DNA of 64,000 bases. Origin: an uncultured Gemmatimonadales bacterium. GTDB lineage: Bacteria; Gemmatimonadota; Gemmatimonadetes; Gemmatimonadales; GWC2-71-9. Each line of letters starts with the position of its first letter. The stretch's first letter is position 1. The notes beneath the pieces were generated by a model. That model was not told the origin of the DNA, did not search any database, and worked only from the letters and a program-made list of their open reading frames with translations. The stretch lies in the NCBI GenBank assembly GCA_963707875.1, contig CAVPRU010000001.1, forward strand, positions 209,591-273,590. The letters are read 5' to 3'. Shown piece by piece: positions 1-10,684 of this stretch. The position numbers and the translations under genes are program-made.

Positions 1-293
1 AGGCTGGGCGCGGTGAACAGCCTGACCGCGCCTGCCCGGCTCAGGGCCTTGGCCACGGCGGCGCCGACCCGAAGCCCGGTAAAGCTCCCCGGACCATCCG
101 CCAGGACGACGGTCCGGAGGTCGTTGGCGGTGGCGCCAAGTTCCGCCAGGCCCTGGTCGATCAGTGGCAATAAGGCCGCGGCGTGCTGGCGCGGCCCGTC
201 GACCGTCCGGACCACGGGCGGGCGGCCTGGCAGCGCCAGCGCCACACTCAGTCGAGTGGTGGCGGTATCCATCGCCAGGCGGACCTCAGCCAT
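1..293 (-). CDS. tsaB: TsaB/YeaZ-like t6A biosynthesis protein, N-terminal ~97 codons; gene runs off the left window edge
   Basis: Own translation of the minus strand from ATG 293..291 stays open to nt 1: [21 protein letters not shown]...VVLADGPGSFTGLRVGAAVAKAL. It carries the D-T-x-T and GPGSFTGLR motifs of the YeaZ family. The start overlaps the tsaE stop by 8 nt. It is absent from the ORF track because it is truncated. Confidence 0.7.
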   Translation of the reverse strand, partial: MAEVRLAMDTATTRLSVALALPGRPPVVRTVDGPRQHAAALLPLIDQGLAELGATANDLRTVVLADGPGSFTGLRVGAAVAKALSRAGAVRLFTAPS

Positions 294-720
294 CGAGCCA
301 CTCCGCCGGGTCGGGGACCACCACCACCTCGCGCAGATCGGGGTTCTCCAGATGACCCAGCCGGACCCGGTGGGTCGCGGGCGGAACCCAGGACCCGCCC
401 CGATCCGGCCATTCGACGATCAACAGGTCCCCGCTGGTGAGTTCGGCCCAATCCAGGGCGTTTGCCTCCTCCTCATCCTTGAAGCGGTAGCAGTCCACAT
501 GAAAGACCGTGCCGCGTGGGGTGAGGTACCGGTGGGTCAGGGCAAAGGTCGGACTGGTCGCGCCCTGGTCGGCCCCCCGGGCCCCCACGATCGCCCGCGC
601 CAGAGAGGTCTTCCCGACCCCGAGTTCCCCCTCCAGCCAGAGGATCGACTCCGCCGGGAGCCGCTCGGCCAGGCGGACCCCCAGCGCCAACACCGCCGGC
701 TCGTCCAGCCGGCGGTTCAT
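286..720 (-). CDS. tsaE: tRNA t6A37 biosynthesis ATPase TsaE (YjeE)
   Basis: 144 aa with P-loop [14 protein letters not shown], followed by SPTFAL..Y and HVDCYR typical of YjeE/TsaE. It sits next to tsaB. Confidence 0.85.
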   Translation of the reverse strand: MNRRLDEPAVLALGVRLAERLPAESILWLEGELGVGKTSLARAIVGARGADQGATSPTFALTHRYLTPRGTVFHVDCYRFKDEEEANALDWAELTSGDLLIVEWPDRGGSWVPPATHRVRLGHLENPDLREVVVVPDPAEWLDG

Positions 721-2750
721 CGGCGCCCCGACCTGATGGGGGTCCGCCGGACGTTCGGGGCGCCGACCGACTTCAGGTCGTTGATCTGGTCCCGCAACAT
801 GGCGGCGAGCTCGAACTCCAGATTGGCCGCCGCCTCCCGCATCTGCTTCTCGAGCGCCAGGATGAAGGCCGCCCGTTGCACCGGGTCATGCAGGTCCGGG
901 GTCTTCTCGGCTGGTGGGCCCGGTCTCCCGGTCCGGGCATCGGCGACCCGGGTGCTGAGCCGGGTCTCCTCCACCGACTTCACGATCGAGGTGGGGGTGA
1001 TCCCGTGCTCAACGTTGTACTCCTGCTGGAGCTTCCTCCGCCGGTCCATTTCATCGAGCGCCCGGCGCATCGAACCGGTGATCCGGTCCGCGTACAGGAT
1101 CGCGCGACCGTTCAGATGCCGGGCCGCCCGGCCCACCGTCTGAATCAGCGAGCGGTCCGACCGAAGGAACCCCTCCTGGTCGGCATCCAGAATGGCGACC
1201 AGCGACACCTCCGGCAGGTCGAGCCCTTCTCGCAGCAGGTTGATCCCCACCAGGACGTCGAATTCGCCGAGTCGGAGGCCCCGGAGAATCTCCACCCGCT
1301 CGATCGCGTCGATGTCCGAGTGGAGATACCGGACCCGCACACCGGCCTGCTGGAGATAGTCCGTCAGATCCTCCGACATCCGCTTGGTCAGGGTGGTCAC
1401 CAGCACGCGTTCATGGCGGACGGTCCGGTCCCGGATCTGGCGCAGCAGATCATCCACCTGCCCTTTGACCGGCCGCACCTCGACTTCGGGATCCACCAGG
1501 CCGGTGGGCCGGTTGATCTGCTCCACAACCACGCCCTTGGCCAGCCCCAGTTCGAATTCTCCCGGCGTCGCCGACACGGTGATCATCCCCGGCGTCAGGG
1601 CCATGAACTCCTCGAACTGGAGGGGCCGGTTGTCCAGCGCGGACGGCAGCCGGAACCCGTACTCCACCAGGGTCAGTTTCCGGGCCCGGTCCCCGTGGTA
1701 CATCCCCCCGATCTGGGGGAGCGAGGCGTGCGACTCGTCGACCACCACCAGGTACTCCGGGGGGAAATAGTCGAGCAGGCAGGCGGGCCGCTCCCCTTCC
1801 CGTCGGTTGCTCAGGTGGCGCGAGTAGTTCTCGATGCCCGGACAGGTGCCGACCTCGAGCATCATCTCGATATCGAAGTGGGTGCGGGACTCCAGCCGTT
1901 GCGCCTCGAGCAGCTTGCCCGCCGTCCGGAACTCACCCAGCCGCACCGCCAGCTCGTCCTTGATGCGCCCGACCGCGCGTTCCACCGCCTCGCGTTCGGT
2001 GACGAAGTGGGTGGCGGGGTAGATTGCGCACCGCTCGAGCGGGGTGATGACCTCCCCCGTCAGCGGATGAACCTTGCTGATCCGTTCGATCTCATCACCC
2101 CAGAACTCGATCCGGACCGCCTGTTCCTCATAGGCCGGAAAGATCTCAAGGGTATCCCCCCGGACCCGGAAGGTTCCCTGTTCGAACGAAGCATCGTTGC
2201 GGCGATACTGGATGGCCACCAGATCCCCCAGGAGATCGTCCCGACCGCGCCGCTCGCCCACCCGGGCCGTAGCCATCAGCTGCCGGTAGGTCACCGGGTC
2301 ACCGAGCCCGTAGATCGCGCTCACCGTGGCGACGATCACCACATCCTCCCGCTCCATCAGGCTGGAGGTCGCCCGAAGTCGCAGCCGCTGAATGTCCTCG
2401 TTGATCGAGGCGTCCTTCTCGATGTAGACGTCGCTCGAGGGGACGTAGGCTTCCGGCTGGTAATAGTCGTAGTAGGACACGAAGTACTCGACGGCGTTCC
2501 TGGGCAGGAACTGCTTCATCTCCCCGTACAGCTGGGCGGCGAGGGTCTTGTTGTGGGACAGGATGAGAGTCGGTCTTCTGGCCTGGGCGATGACGTGGGC
2601 CAGGGTCAGGGTCTTCCCCGACCCGGTCACGCCCAGCAGCGTCTGGTATCGCGCGCCCCTCGCCAGCCCGGCGCTGAGTTCGGCGATGGCCCGCGGCTGA
2701 TCACCGGCGGGAGCGAAGGGGGCGAGGACTTCGAACTGGGGGCCTGACAC
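717..2750 (-). CDS. uvrB: excinuclease ABC subunit B
   Basis: 677 aa. Motifs seen: N-terminal GDQPRAI, Walker [15 protein letters not shown] box, helicase C domain and C-terminal UVR motif ([18 protein letters not shown]). Confidence 0.97.
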   Translation of the reverse strand: MSGPQFEVLAPFAPAGDQPRAIAELSAGLARGARYQTLLGVTGSGKTLTLAHVIAQARRPTLILSHNKTLAAQLYGEMKQFLPRNAVEYFVSYYDYYQPEAYVPSSDVYIEKDASINEDIQRLRLRATSSLMEREDVVIVATVSAIYGLGDPVTYRQLMATARVGERRGRDDLLGDLVAIQYRRNDASFEQGTFRVRGDTLEIFPAYEEQAVRIEFWGDEIERISKVHPLTGEVITPLERCAIYPATHFVTEREAVERAVGRIKDELAVRLGEFRTAGKLLEAQRLESRTHFDIEMMLEVGTCPGIENYSRHLSNRREGERPACLLDYFPPEYLVVVDESHASLPQIGGMYHGDRARKLTLVEYGFRLPSALDNRPLQFEEFMALTPGMITVSATPGEFELGLAKGVVVEQINRPTGLVDPEVEVRPVKGQVDDLLRQIRDRTVRHERVLVTTLTKRMSEDLTDYLQQAGVRVRYLHSDIDAIERVEILRGLRLGEFDVLVGINLLREGLDLPEVSLVAILDADQEGFLRSDRSLIQTVGRAARHLNGRAILYADRITGSMRRALDEMDRRRKLQQEYNVEHGITPTSIVKSVEETRLSTRVADARTGRPGPPAEKTPDLHDPVQRAAFILALEKQMREAAANLEFELAAMLRDQINDLKSVGAPNVRRTPIRSGRR

Positions 2751-2799
2751 GGGGGGAATTTAGCCGGACCGCCCATCAACTGCTGGTCGACCGGACCCG

Positions 2800-3216
2800 C
2801 TACGAGGCTCGGCCTCCCAGCTGGTGGAGCCGGTCCCATTGGGCCCGGCTGAGCGGCGCCACCGAGAGCCGTCCGATCCGCACCAGCGGGTGATCCGCAA
2901 AGAGCGGGTCGGCCTTGATGGTGCTGAGCGAAACCGGCGTCGGCCACCGGGACCCGGCGGTCAGGTCGAATACCAGCAGCTTCGGGTCGTTGGACTTCGG
3001 GTCGGGCTGGGGATCGGACACGACCCGGGCCGCCCCGACCACCTGCTTCTCCTTGCCGGTGTGATAGATCAGCAGCCGGTCGCCGGTCCGCATCGCCCCG
3101 ATGTGCTTCAGGGCAACGGCATTGGCCACCCCGTCCCAGGTGCCGGTCCCTTCCCGGACCAGGTCGTCGAAGCTGTAGCTGTCCGGTTCGGTCTTGAGGA
3201 TCCAGTAGCTGGCCAT
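2800..3216 (-). CDS. EVE (PUA-like, DUF55) domain protein
   Basis: The real start is ATG 3216..3214 (MASYWILKTEPDSYSFDDL...), giving 138 aa. The track ORF 2800..4110 is an Arg/Pro-rich 5' extension running antisense through rel. The YWLxKxEP..YS opening is typical of EVE domains. Confidence 0.8.
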   Translation of the reverse strand: MASYWILKTEPDSYSFDDLVREGTGTWDGVANAVALKHIGAMRTGDRLLIYHTGKEKQVVGAARVVSDPQPDPKSNDPKLLVFDLTAGSRWPTPVSLSTIKADPLFADHPLVRIGRLSVAPLSRAQWDRLHQLGGRAS

Positions 3217-3218
3217 GA

Positions 3219-5381
3219 TCAGGCCAGCTGCGGCGCTTCCCGCCGCTCGATGTTGTGAACTCCCTTGACCCGTTTGACCGCCTTCAGGACCTTGGCCAGG
3301 TGGGAGAGGTTGTCCACCTCGACGTAGATGTTGCCGAAGGCCGTCCCGTCCTTGGCATGCAGATCCGCCCGCCGGATGTTGGTGCCGGTCCCGCTCACCG
3401 CAATCATCACGTCGGCATAGAGGCCCCGGCGATCGGTCGCGCTCAGCACCAGCCGCACCATGAACGACTCGCCTTCCACCTCCTGCCAGTCGATCTCCAC
3501 CCGGCGGTCGGTCGAGGTGAGGGTGAGCAGGTTGGGGCAGTCGGCCCGATGGATCGAGATCCCCCGCCCCTGGCTGACGTAGCCGACCACCGGATCGCCC
3601 GGCACCGGCTGGCAGCATTGAGCGTAGCGGACCATCAGGCCGTCCACCCCCTGGATCTTGATCCCCCGCCCCAGCCGGATCCGGTCCAGCACCCGACCGA
3701 AAGCGGTGGGCTTCGGCGCCCGCAGTTCGTCCTCGGGAACCTCCGGGTAAAGCGCCTTCATCACGTGGCCGATCGCCAGGTCTCCCCGTCCGACCCCGAT
3801 CACCAGGGCTTCCCCGGTGTCGAGTTCGAAGCTGGGGGCGGCCCGCTCCAGCATTCCCTTCTCGAGGCTGGGCAGCCGGCGACGTTTGACCTCCCGCTCC
3901 AGGATTTCGCGGCCCAGCTGGAGCGAGATCTTCTCCTCCTCCTGCCGGATCCACTGCTTGATCCGGTGCCGGGCCCGGGCGGTGGTGACGTGGCTCAGCC
4001 AGTCGCGGCTCGGGCGCGGGGCCGGGCCGGTGAGGATCTCCACCGTGTCTCCGTTCTTCAGCTCCCGATGGAGCGGCGCAATCCGGCCGTTGACCCGGGC
4101 GCCCTGGCACCGGAGCCCGACCTCCGAGTGAACGTGGAACGCGAAATCGATCGGGGTGGCGCCCTTCGGCAACTGCTTGACATCGCCCTGGGGGGTGAAG
4201 ACGAAGATTTCATCCTGATACAGGTCGACCTTGAGGAACTCGAGGAACTCCTCAGGACTGGCGGTGTCCTGCTGCAGTTCGATCAGCTGGCGGAACCAGC
4301 CCATCTGCCGGTCCAGTTCGTCCGGCGCCCCATCGGCCTTATACAGCCAGTGCGCCGCGATGCCGTACTCGGCGGTCCGGTGCATCTCCCGGTTCCGGAT
4401 CTGGACCTCGAACAGGTGGCCGCCGGGCCCGAAGATTGTGGTATGGAGCGACTGATACCCGTTGGACTTGGGGCTGGCGATGTAGTCCTTGAACCGCTCC
4501 TGGAGGGGGGTCCACTTGTGATGAATGACGCCCAGCACGTGGTAGCACTCCGGAACGTTCGGCACGATGACCCGAACCGCCATCATGTCATAGATCTGCT
4601 CAAAGGGCGTGTTCCGTTTCCGCATCTTCTGGTAGATGCTCCACAGGTGCTTGGGTCGCCCGGTAATCTCATATTCCTCGATCTGCGCCCGGCGGAGTTC
4701 CTGCTCCAGCGGAACCCGGAGGGTCCGGATCATCTCTTCCCGTTCGGCCCGCTTGGCCGCCACCTGTTCCGCCAGGGCCTGGTACTCCTTGGCCTCAAGG
4801 AACTTGAAGGCCAGGTCCTCCAGCTCCGCCTTCATCCCGGCCATCCCGAACCGGTGGGCCAACGGGGCATAGATCTCCCTGGTCTCCAGGGCGATCCGGC
4901 TCCGACGGTCCTCCGACAGGTGCTGGAGGGTCCGCATGTTGTGGAGCCGATCGGCCAGCTTGATGATGATGACCCGGGCATCCTTGGCGATCGACAGCAG
5001 CAGCTTCCGGTAGTTCTCCACCTGGGCCTCGGTCGTGGACCGGAAGGTCAGGTGGGAGAGCTTGGTCAGCCCGTCGACCAGCCCGGCCACCTCGGGGCCG
5101 AACTCGCGGCTCAGCTCTTCGGACGGAACATCGGAGTCCTCCACCACGTCGTGCAGCAGCGCGGCCGCGATCGAGGTGCTGTCCACCAGCAGGTTGAGCA
5201 GAATGGTGGCGACCGCGATGCTGTGGGAAACGAAGTCCTCCCCGCTCTGCCGCCGCTGGCCGCGATGAGCGGACATGCTGAAGCGAAGGGCCTTCTCGAT
5301 CAGGTCCAGATCGAGCCGGTCCGCGTGCTGCTCCAAGGCAGCCCGGAATTCGTTCGGCAGCGCAATCGCGGTCTCGGGCAC
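3219..5381 (-). CDS. rel: bifunctional (p)ppGpp synthetase/hydrolase (RelA/SpoT homologue)
   Basis: 720 aa. It has an HD hydrolase domain (HRGQRRQSGEDFVSH...HDVVEDS), a RelA_SpoT synthetase core, a TGS domain and a C-terminal ACT-like domain. Confidence 0.95.
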   Translation of the reverse strand: MPETAIALPNEFRAALEQHADRLDLDLIEKALRFSMSAHRGQRRQSGEDFVSHSIAVATILLNLLVDSTSIAAALLHDVVEDSDVPSEELSREFGPEVAGLVDGLTKLSHLTFRSTTEAQVENYRKLLLSIAKDARVIIIKLADRLHNMRTLQHLSEDRRSRIALETREIYAPLAHRFGMAGMKAELEDLAFKFLEAKEYQALAEQVAAKRAEREEMIRTLRVPLEQELRRAQIEEYEITGRPKHLWSIYQKMRKRNTPFEQIYDMMAVRVIVPNVPECYHVLGVIHHKWTPLQERFKDYIASPKSNGYQSLHTTIFGPGGHLFEVQIRNREMHRTAEYGIAAHWLYKADGAPDELDRQMGWFRQLIELQQDTASPEEFLEFLKVDLYQDEIFVFTPQGDVKQLPKGATPIDFAFHVHSEVGLRCQGARVNGRIAPLHRELKNGDTVEILTGPAPRPSRDWLSHVTTARARHRIKQWIRQEEEKISLQLGREILEREVKRRRLPSLEKGMLERAAPSFELDTGEALVIGVGRGDLAIGHVMKALYPEVPEDELRAPKPTAFGRVLDRIRLGRGIKIQGVDGLMVRYAQCCQPVPGDPVVGYVSQGRGISIHRADCPNLLTLTSTDRRVEIDWQEVEGESFMVRLVLSATDRRGLYADVMIAVSGTGTNIRRADLHAKDGTAFGNIYVEVDNLSHLAKVLKAVKRVKGVHNIERREAPQLA

Positions 5382-5435
5382 GGCACCTCGCTCCTTGGTA
5401 CAAGGATGAGGCGACGGCGGGTCAGGGTCAACGGA

Positions 5436-6122
5436 TCAGTCCAGCAGCCCGGCCGCTGCCCAGCTGAGAAACCGGTCCCCGGCCACGATGATGTGATCGT
5501 AGACCGGGAGGTCGAGCAGCCGGCCGGCCTCCACCAGCTGCCGAGTCACTGTCCGGTCCTCGGGGCTGGGGGTGGGGTCCCCGCTGGGGTGGTTGTGAAC
5601 CAGGATGACCCCCGCCGCTGCCTCGGCGATGGCGGCCCGGAAGACCTCCCGGGGGTGGACCAGGGAGCTGTCCAGCAGACCCCGGGTGATGGTGATATCC
5701 CGCAGGACCCGGCTCTGACTGTCCAGGGCCAGCACGTGGAACTCCTCGACCTGGAGATCCCGGAGCCTGGGGGAGAGCCAGCGCACCGCGTCTTCGGGGG
5801 CCCGGATCCGGGAGGCCGGCGGCCGGATTTCCCGGGCCAGGCGGTGGCCCACCTCCAGGGCCGCCAGCAGCCGGGCCCCCTTGGCCGGCCCTATCCCGTC
5901 CAACCGGGTCAGCTCGGCCGGGGGGCGGGCCGCCAGCCGCCGGAGCGACCCCCCCACCGGTTCCAGGATGGCGCCAGCCAGGGCCAGGGCGCCCTGACCC
6001 GCGTGGCCGGTCCCGAGCAGGATCGCCAGCAGTTCGGCGGTGGTCAGCACCCCGGGGCCCAGACTCCACAGCCGTTCTCTGGGCCATTCGGTCGGGAGGG
6101 CACGGGACTCGGCGGGCAACAT
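5436..6122 (-). CDS. radC: RadC-family JAMM protein (UPF0758)
   Basis: Start taken at ATG 6122 (MLPAESRALPTEWPRERL), 228 aa. It has an HhH region (LTRLDGIGPAKGARL) and the JAMM motif HNHPSGDPTPSPED. The longer track ORF to 6362 overlaps the secA 3' end. Confidence 0.85.
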   Translation of the reverse strand: MLPAESRALPTEWPRERLWSLGPGVLTTAELLAILLGTGHAGQGALALAGAILEPVGGSLRRLAARPPAELTRLDGIGPAKGARLLAALEVGHRLAREIRPPASRIRAPEDAVRWLSPRLRDLQVEEFHVLALDSQSRVLRDITITRGLLDSSLVHPREVFRAAIAEAAAGVILVHNHPSGDPTPSPEDRTVTRQLVEAGRLLDLPVYDHIIVAGDRFLSWAAAGLLD

Positions 6123-6133
6123 CCGGATACGAT

Positions 6134-6159
6134 ACCCGCCACCCGCTCGGATGGCGGGT
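6134..6159 (-). terminator. GC hairpin between secA stop and radC start (possible terminator or attenuator)
   Basis: aCCCGCCA(6135-6141)-10 nt loop-TGGCGGGt(6152-6158), a 7-8 bp stem. There is no clear U-tract. Confidence 0.3.
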
Positions 6160-6189
6160 CGATTCCGTGACAACCGCAACCCAATCCCG

Positions 6190-9100
6190 CTAGGCCGCCC
6201 CGTGGCACTTCTTGTACTTCTTGCCCGATCCGCAGGGACAGGGATCGTTCCGCCCCACCTCCGGAACTCCGGCCGCCCCGCTGGCCATCCGCCCAAGCGA
6301 GGTCTCGAGTGCCGCCGGCGGCGGGTCGGCCGGGGTGTGGCCGCCGCCGGTGAACAGGGCATCGGTGGTCGACGTCCTGGTCGGCGGGGGAGGCGGCATC
6401 CGGGGCGGTTGCCGGGGCGGCTCGGCGGAGACCTGCACCTTGAGAAACCGCTCGGCGAAGGTGGCCTGGAGGTCCTGCATGAGGTCCTCGAACATGTCGA
6501 AGGCCTCCTTCTTGTACTCCACCAGCGGATCCCGCTGCCCGTAGGCTCGATACTGGATCGCGTTGCGGAGCTGGTCCAGGTCGTAGAGGTGGTCCTTCCA
6601 CTTCTCGTCCAGCACCGAGAGCAGCACCTGGGACAGAATCTGCACGTCCACCTCGGCCAGCCCGAGCTTCTTCCCGAAGTCCTTCAGGTACTCGATTTTC
6701 CGGGTAAACGCCGCCTCACCCTCGGCCTGGGCCGCCGCCACCAGGGTGTCCCGACTGGGCGTCGCCTTGGCGTCACGCACGTCGTCCACCACCAGCATGA
6801 AATGCAGGGACAGGTGGGCGTGGAGCGCCACCCGATCCCACCGCTCGGCATCGTCGCCGCCCAGGATCTTGTGGATGGCCCCCTCGAGCGCGACCCCCAG
6901 CATCCGGCGGGCCTCGGCCTTGAGCTCCTCGCCCCGCTCGAGCGCGAACAACCGGAGGGAATAGGCCACTTCCCGCTGCTGGTTCATCACGTCGTCGTAA
7001 TCCAGCAGCCGCTTCCGCTGCTGGAAGTTCTGCAACTCCACCCGCTTCTGGGCCCGTTCGATCGCGGCGGTCACCAGCCGGCCGGTGATCACCTCACCCT
7101 CCTCCGCCCCGGTCTTCTCCATGTACCGGGCGACCCGTTCGGTCCCGAACAACCGCATCAGGTCGTCTTCCAGCGAGAGATGGAACAAGGAGGCCCCGGG
7201 ATCGCCCTGCCGGCCCGCCCGCCCTCGCAGCTGCCGATCGATCCGGCGGGATTCGTGGCGCTCGGTCCCAATGATCTGCAGCCCGGCCTCCTCCTGGGTC
7301 AGATCGAGTTCCCTGCCCAGTTTGATGTCGGTGCCCCGGCCGGCCATGTTGGTGGCGATGGTGATTCCGCCCGCCTGGCCCGCGGCGGCTACGATCTCGG
7401 CCTCCCGCTGGTGGTGCTTGGCGTTGAGCACCTCGTGCTTGAGCCCCCGCCGCTTGAGCATCTTGCTCAGGGTCTCGGATACCTCCACCGAGGTGGTGCC
7501 GATCAGGACCGGCAGACCGAGCCCGTGGAGCCGCTCCACCTCATCCACCGAGGCATTGTACTTCTCCCGCCGGGTCCGGTAGATCCGATCGGGGTTGTCC
7601 CGGCGGGCGATGGGCCGGTTGGTCGGGATCACGTTCACCTCGAGGCCGTAGATCGTGTAGAACTCGGTCTCCTCGGTCTCGGCGGTGCCGGTCATCCCCG
7701 ACAGCTTGTGGTACATCCGGAAGTAGTTCTGGATCGTGATGGTGGCCAGCGTCTGAGTCTCGCCCTTGACCTGGACGCCCTCCTTGGCCTCGACCGCCTG
7801 GTGCAGTCCGTCGGCCCAGCGCCGACCCGGCATGATCCGGCCGGTGAACTCGTCCACGATGAAGATCTGGTTGTCCTGGACGATGTACTCCACGTCCTTC
7901 TCGTACAGGACGTGGGCTTGGAGCAGCTTGTGAATGATGTGGAGCTTCTCGCTCTTGGAAGCGTACTCCGCCTCCACCGCCTGGCGCTGGGCCAGTCGCT
8001 CCTCCGGGCTCAACTCCGGATCCCGATCGATCCGGTGGACCGCCTCGGAGATGTCGGGTACCAGGAAGAGGGTCGGGTCACCGGGGGACATGGCGGCGGA
8101 GCCCGCATCAGTCAGGTGGACCGAGTGCCCCTTTTCATCCAGCACGAAGTACAGCGAGTCTTCCAGATCCCGGAACTGCTGCTGCTTGATCGGCAGCTTC
8201 CGGTCCGCGATGTAGCTCAGTTCCGCCTTCTGGACCAGGGTCTTCATGCCGGTTTCGTTGAGCAGTTTCAGGAACCGCTTGTTCTTCGGCATCCCGAGCT
8301 GAGCCTTGAACAGCGCGATGCCGGCCTGCTCCCGGGTCTTCTCGTCGGTCAGCAGGGCCTCCGCCTGCGTCAGCAATCCATTGACCACGACGGTCTGCTT
8401 CCGGACCATGACGGCGACGTTCTGATTGAAGTCGGCGTACTTGCTGTCCCCTTCGTGCCCTACCGGACCGCTGATGATCAGCGGGGTCCGTGCCTCGTCG
8501 ATCAGGATCGAGTCCACTTCATCGATGATGGCGTACCAGTGTTCCCGCTGCACCCGGCTGTCGAGGGAGAACACCATGTTGTCGCGCAGGTAGTCGAACC
8601 CGAATTCGTTGTTGGTGCCGTAGGTGATGTCGGCCTGGTAGGCGTCCCGGCGTTCCGGCGAGGAAGGCTCGGTATCGTCCAGGCAGGCCACCCGGAGGCC
8701 GAGATACCCGAACACGTGGCCCATCCACTGGGAGTCCCGGCGGGCCAGGTAGTTGTTGACCGTGATCAGGTGGGCGCCATGCCCGGCCAGTGCATTGAGG
8801 TAGAGCGGCAGGGTGGCCACGAGGGTCTTGCCCTCGCCGGTGGCCATCTCCGCGATCCGACCCTTGTGCAGCACGATCCCGCCCACCAGCTGCACATCAT
8901 ACGGGACCATGTCCCACGTCATCGGACGACCGGTGACCTCCAAAGTGGTACCCATGAGGCGACGACAGGTCTCCCGCACCGTGGCAAACGCCTCGGGCAG
9001 GACGGCATCGAGGGCAGCCGCGACCGCTAGCCGGTAGTCCTTCTCGAGCTGATGGGCCTGGTCCTCCAGGCCCTGCCGCTCGATCGGGTCGGGACAATCG

Positions 9101-9318
9101 TGCTTGGCACGACGCACCGCGTCGAGTTCCCCCCGCACTGCCCCGACCCGCTCGGCGATCAACCCGCGGAGTCGGTCGGTCTGGGCCCGAAGGTCCGGCT
9201 CGGCCAGGTCCTTGAGCCGCTCCTCTGCCAGATGGATCTGCTCGACGATCGGCCGGAGCCGTTTGATTTCGCGCTGGTGCCGGGAGCCGACAATCGCGTT
9301 GACCAGCTTCTTGATCAT
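6190..9318 (-). CDS. secA: preprotein translocase ATPase SecA
   Basis: 1042 aa with DEAD-like motor domains ([35 protein letters not shown]). After a Pro-rich linker comes the C-terminal zinc motif [14 protein letters not shown]. Confidence 0.97.
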   Translation of the reverse strand: MIKKLVNAIVGSRHQREIKRLRPIVEQIHLAEERLKDLAEPDLRAQTDRLRGLIAERVGAVRGELDAVRRAKHDCPDPIERQGLEDQAHQLEKDYRLAVAAALDAVLPEAFATVRETCRRLMGTTLEVTGRPMTWDMVPYDVQLVGGIVLHKGRIAEMATGEGKTLVATLPLYLNALAGHGAHLITVNNYLARRDSQWMGHVFGYLGLRVACLDDTEPSSPERRDAYQADITYGTNNEFGFDYLRDNMVFSLDSRVQREHWYAIIDEVDSILIDEARTPLIISGPVGHEGDSKYADFNQNVAVMVRKQTVVVNGLLTQAEALLTDEKTREQAGIALFKAQLGMPKNKRFLKLLNETGMKTLVQKAELSYIADRKLPIKQQQFRDLEDSLYFVLDEKGHSVHLTDAGSAAMSPGDPTLFLVPDISEAVHRIDRDPELSPEERLAQRQAVEAEYASKSEKLHIIHKLLQAHVLYEKDVEYIVQDNQIFIVDEFTGRIMPGRRWADGLHQAVEAKEGVQVKGETQTLATITIQNYFRMYHKLSGMTGTAETEETEFYTIYGLEVNVIPTNRPIARRDNPDRIYRTRREKYNASVDEVERLHGLGLPVLIGTTSVEVSETLSKMLKRRGLKHEVLNAKHHQREAEIVAAAGQAGGITIATNMAGRGTDIKLGRELDLTQEEAGLQIIGTERHESRRIDRQLRGRAGRQGDPGASLFHLSLEDDLMRLFGTERVARYMEKTGAEEGEVITGRLVTAAIERAQKRVELQNFQQRKRLLDYDDVMNQQREVAYSLRLFALERGEELKAEARRMLGVALEGAIHKILGGDDAERWDRVALHAHLSLHFMLVVDDVRDAKATPSRDTLVAAAQAEGEAAFTRKIEYLKDFGKKLGLAEVDVQILSQVLLSVLDEKWKDHLYDLDQLRNAIQYRAYGQRDPLVEYKKEAFDMFEDLMQDLQATFAERFLKVQVSAEPPRQPPRMPPPPPTRTSTTDALFTGGGHTPADPPPAALETSLGRMASGAAGVPEVGRNDPCPCGSGKKYKKCHGAA

Positions 9319-9890
9319 CCTTCAACACCTCGATAAAGCCGGTGGGTGGCGATGTAGTCCGCCACCGAGTCCGGCACCATGAACCGAATTGTCAACCCTT
9401 GCGCCACCCGCTCCCGGACCGTGGTGGCCGAGAGGTCCAACTGGGGAACCGCCACCGAGGCGAACCCGAGGGCTTCTGCCGGCGGGCCCCCCGGTCGAGG
9501 AAAGACCACCACCTCGGCCAACTGCCTGATCGCCCCGGATTCCCGCCAGGCCGAGAACTCCGCCGCCGCGTCCGACCCGACGAGCAGCACCAGGTGGGCA
9601 CCCGGTCGCTCTCCCGCCAGGGCCCGGAGGCTGTCCACCGTGTACGACGGTCCCGACCGCTCGACCTCCCGCCGATCCAACCGAAGGCCCGGGGCAGACT
9701 CGATCGCCAGCGCCACCATGGCGGCCCGATCCTCCGCCCCCGCCCAATGACGACCCGCCTTGAAGGGCTGGCTCCCGGCCGGTGTCACCAGCACCTCATC
9801 GAGCCGGAGCGCCTCCCTGAGCACCTCCGCCGTGATCAGGTGACCGTGGTGGATCGGATCGAATGATCCGCCCAGGATCCCGATCCGCAT
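9315..9890 (-). CDS. nadD: nicotinate-nucleotide adenylyltransferase
   Basis: 191 aa opening [18 protein letters not shown], the (H/T)xGH nucleotidyltransferase motif. There is a 4-nt overlap with secA. Confidence 0.9.
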   Translation of the reverse strand: MRIGILGGSFDPIHHGHLITAEVLREALRLDEVLVTPAGSQPFKAGRHWAGAEDRAAMVALAIESAPGLRLDRREVERSGPSYTVDSLRALAGERPGAHLVLLVGSDAAAEFSAWRESGAIRQLAEVVVFPRPGGPPAEALGFASVAVPQLDLSATTVRERVAQGLTIRFMVPDSVADYIATHRLYRGVEG

Positions 9891-9892
9891 GC

Positions 9893-10684
9893 TCAGAGGG
9901 TGTCGGGAACAGCCCGGGCCGGGCAGGCGTTCGCCACGTCGGGTGCCACGGCGGGAAAGAACCGGTCAATGTACTGACAGGTTTCCCGGAGATCTTCGGG
10001 ATAGCCGAGCTTGCGATATGCCTCTACCAGGCTCACCAGCGCTGGCGGCACGGATTGGGTCCTGGGATAGGTGGCGATCAGCGACCGCAGGGTCAGGATC
10101 GCCGACTCCGTCGCCTTGAACTTGAGATAGAATCGGGCCGAGCGGAGCTCCTTCTCAGCGAACTTCTCGTGGAGGCCCAGGATCCGCTGCTGGGCTCGCG
10201 CGGCGGCGCCGGTCCCGGGAAACCGCTGCGACACCTCCTGGTAGGTAGCCATCGCGGACTCCCCGTACGAGGGATCGAGTTCGGGGCGCCGCCAGAGGGC
10301 CGCGTACGCGTCCCCGGCCCGCAGCAGCGCGGCCGGCGCAAGCGAGTCGACCACTCCTTCGTCGGCGACCCGACGGAACTCCCGAACCGCCTCAAGCTGG
10401 AGACCCTTCGCCAGCTTGGCCTCCCCCAGCATGAAGTACCCTTGGGCCCGACGCGGATCGGAGTAGTCGAGCAGCAGCAGCACCCGATTCAGAGCTTCAA
10501 CCGTCTTTGTCCAATCGCCCGACCGGAAACGGGCCTCCGCAGCCACCATCAGCGAATCGGTGCGCCGGTTGGTGGATTCCACCGTCTCAACCGGTGGTGC
10601 CGGCTTCGGGGCTCCCCGGCCAAAGAGACACCCTGCGCTGAGGACCGTCCCCGCCAGCACCGCCCGACCGCTCCACCGCGTCAT
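9893..10684 (-). CDS. bamD: outer membrane protein assembly factor BamD (YfiO-like TPR lipoprotein)
   Basis: 263 aa with a signal peptide and lipobox (LSAGC). The TPR helices and the tail pattern ARFYLKFKATESAI...YPRTQSVPPALVSLVEAYRKLGYPE are typical of BamD. Confidence 0.8.
   Translation of the reverse strand: MTRWSGRAVLAGTVLSAGCLFGRGAPKPAPPVETVESTNRRTDSLMVAAEARFRSGDWTKTVEALNRVLLLLDYSDPRRAQGYFMLGEAKLAKGLQLEAVREFRRVADEGVVDSLAPAALLRAGDAYAALWRRPELDPSYGESAMATYQEVSQRFPGTGAAARAQQRILGLHEKFAEKELRSARFYLKFKATESAILTLRSLIATYPRTQSVPPALVSLVEAYRKLGYPEDLRETCQYIDRFFPAVAPDVANACPARAVPDTL

Noticed and set aside
2800-4110. Long 5' extensions on track ORFs. Examples are the EVE gene to 4110, rmd to 21751, the CDP-alcohol transferase to 43423, the GH3 gene from 43371, smpB to 29657, radC to 6362 and erpA from 47295.
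   Set aside because: The extensions overlap neighbouring genes and are compositionally non-coding. Internal ATG or GTG starts give canonical N-termini, signal peptides or 4-nt stop/start overlaps.
3255-9030. Very long plus-strand ORFs (3255..6170, 971 aa; 6040..9030, 996 aa) antisense to rel and secA. Similar cases are 876..2747, 17320..18540, 35747..37084, 41121..42488, 45932..47239, 47705..48967, 49529..51238 and 55423..56874.
   Set aside because: They are Arg/Pro/Gly/His-rich low-complexity translations lying exactly opposite well-recognised genes. Stop-free antisense frames of this kind are the expected artefact in very GC-rich DNA. I recognise no motif in any of them.
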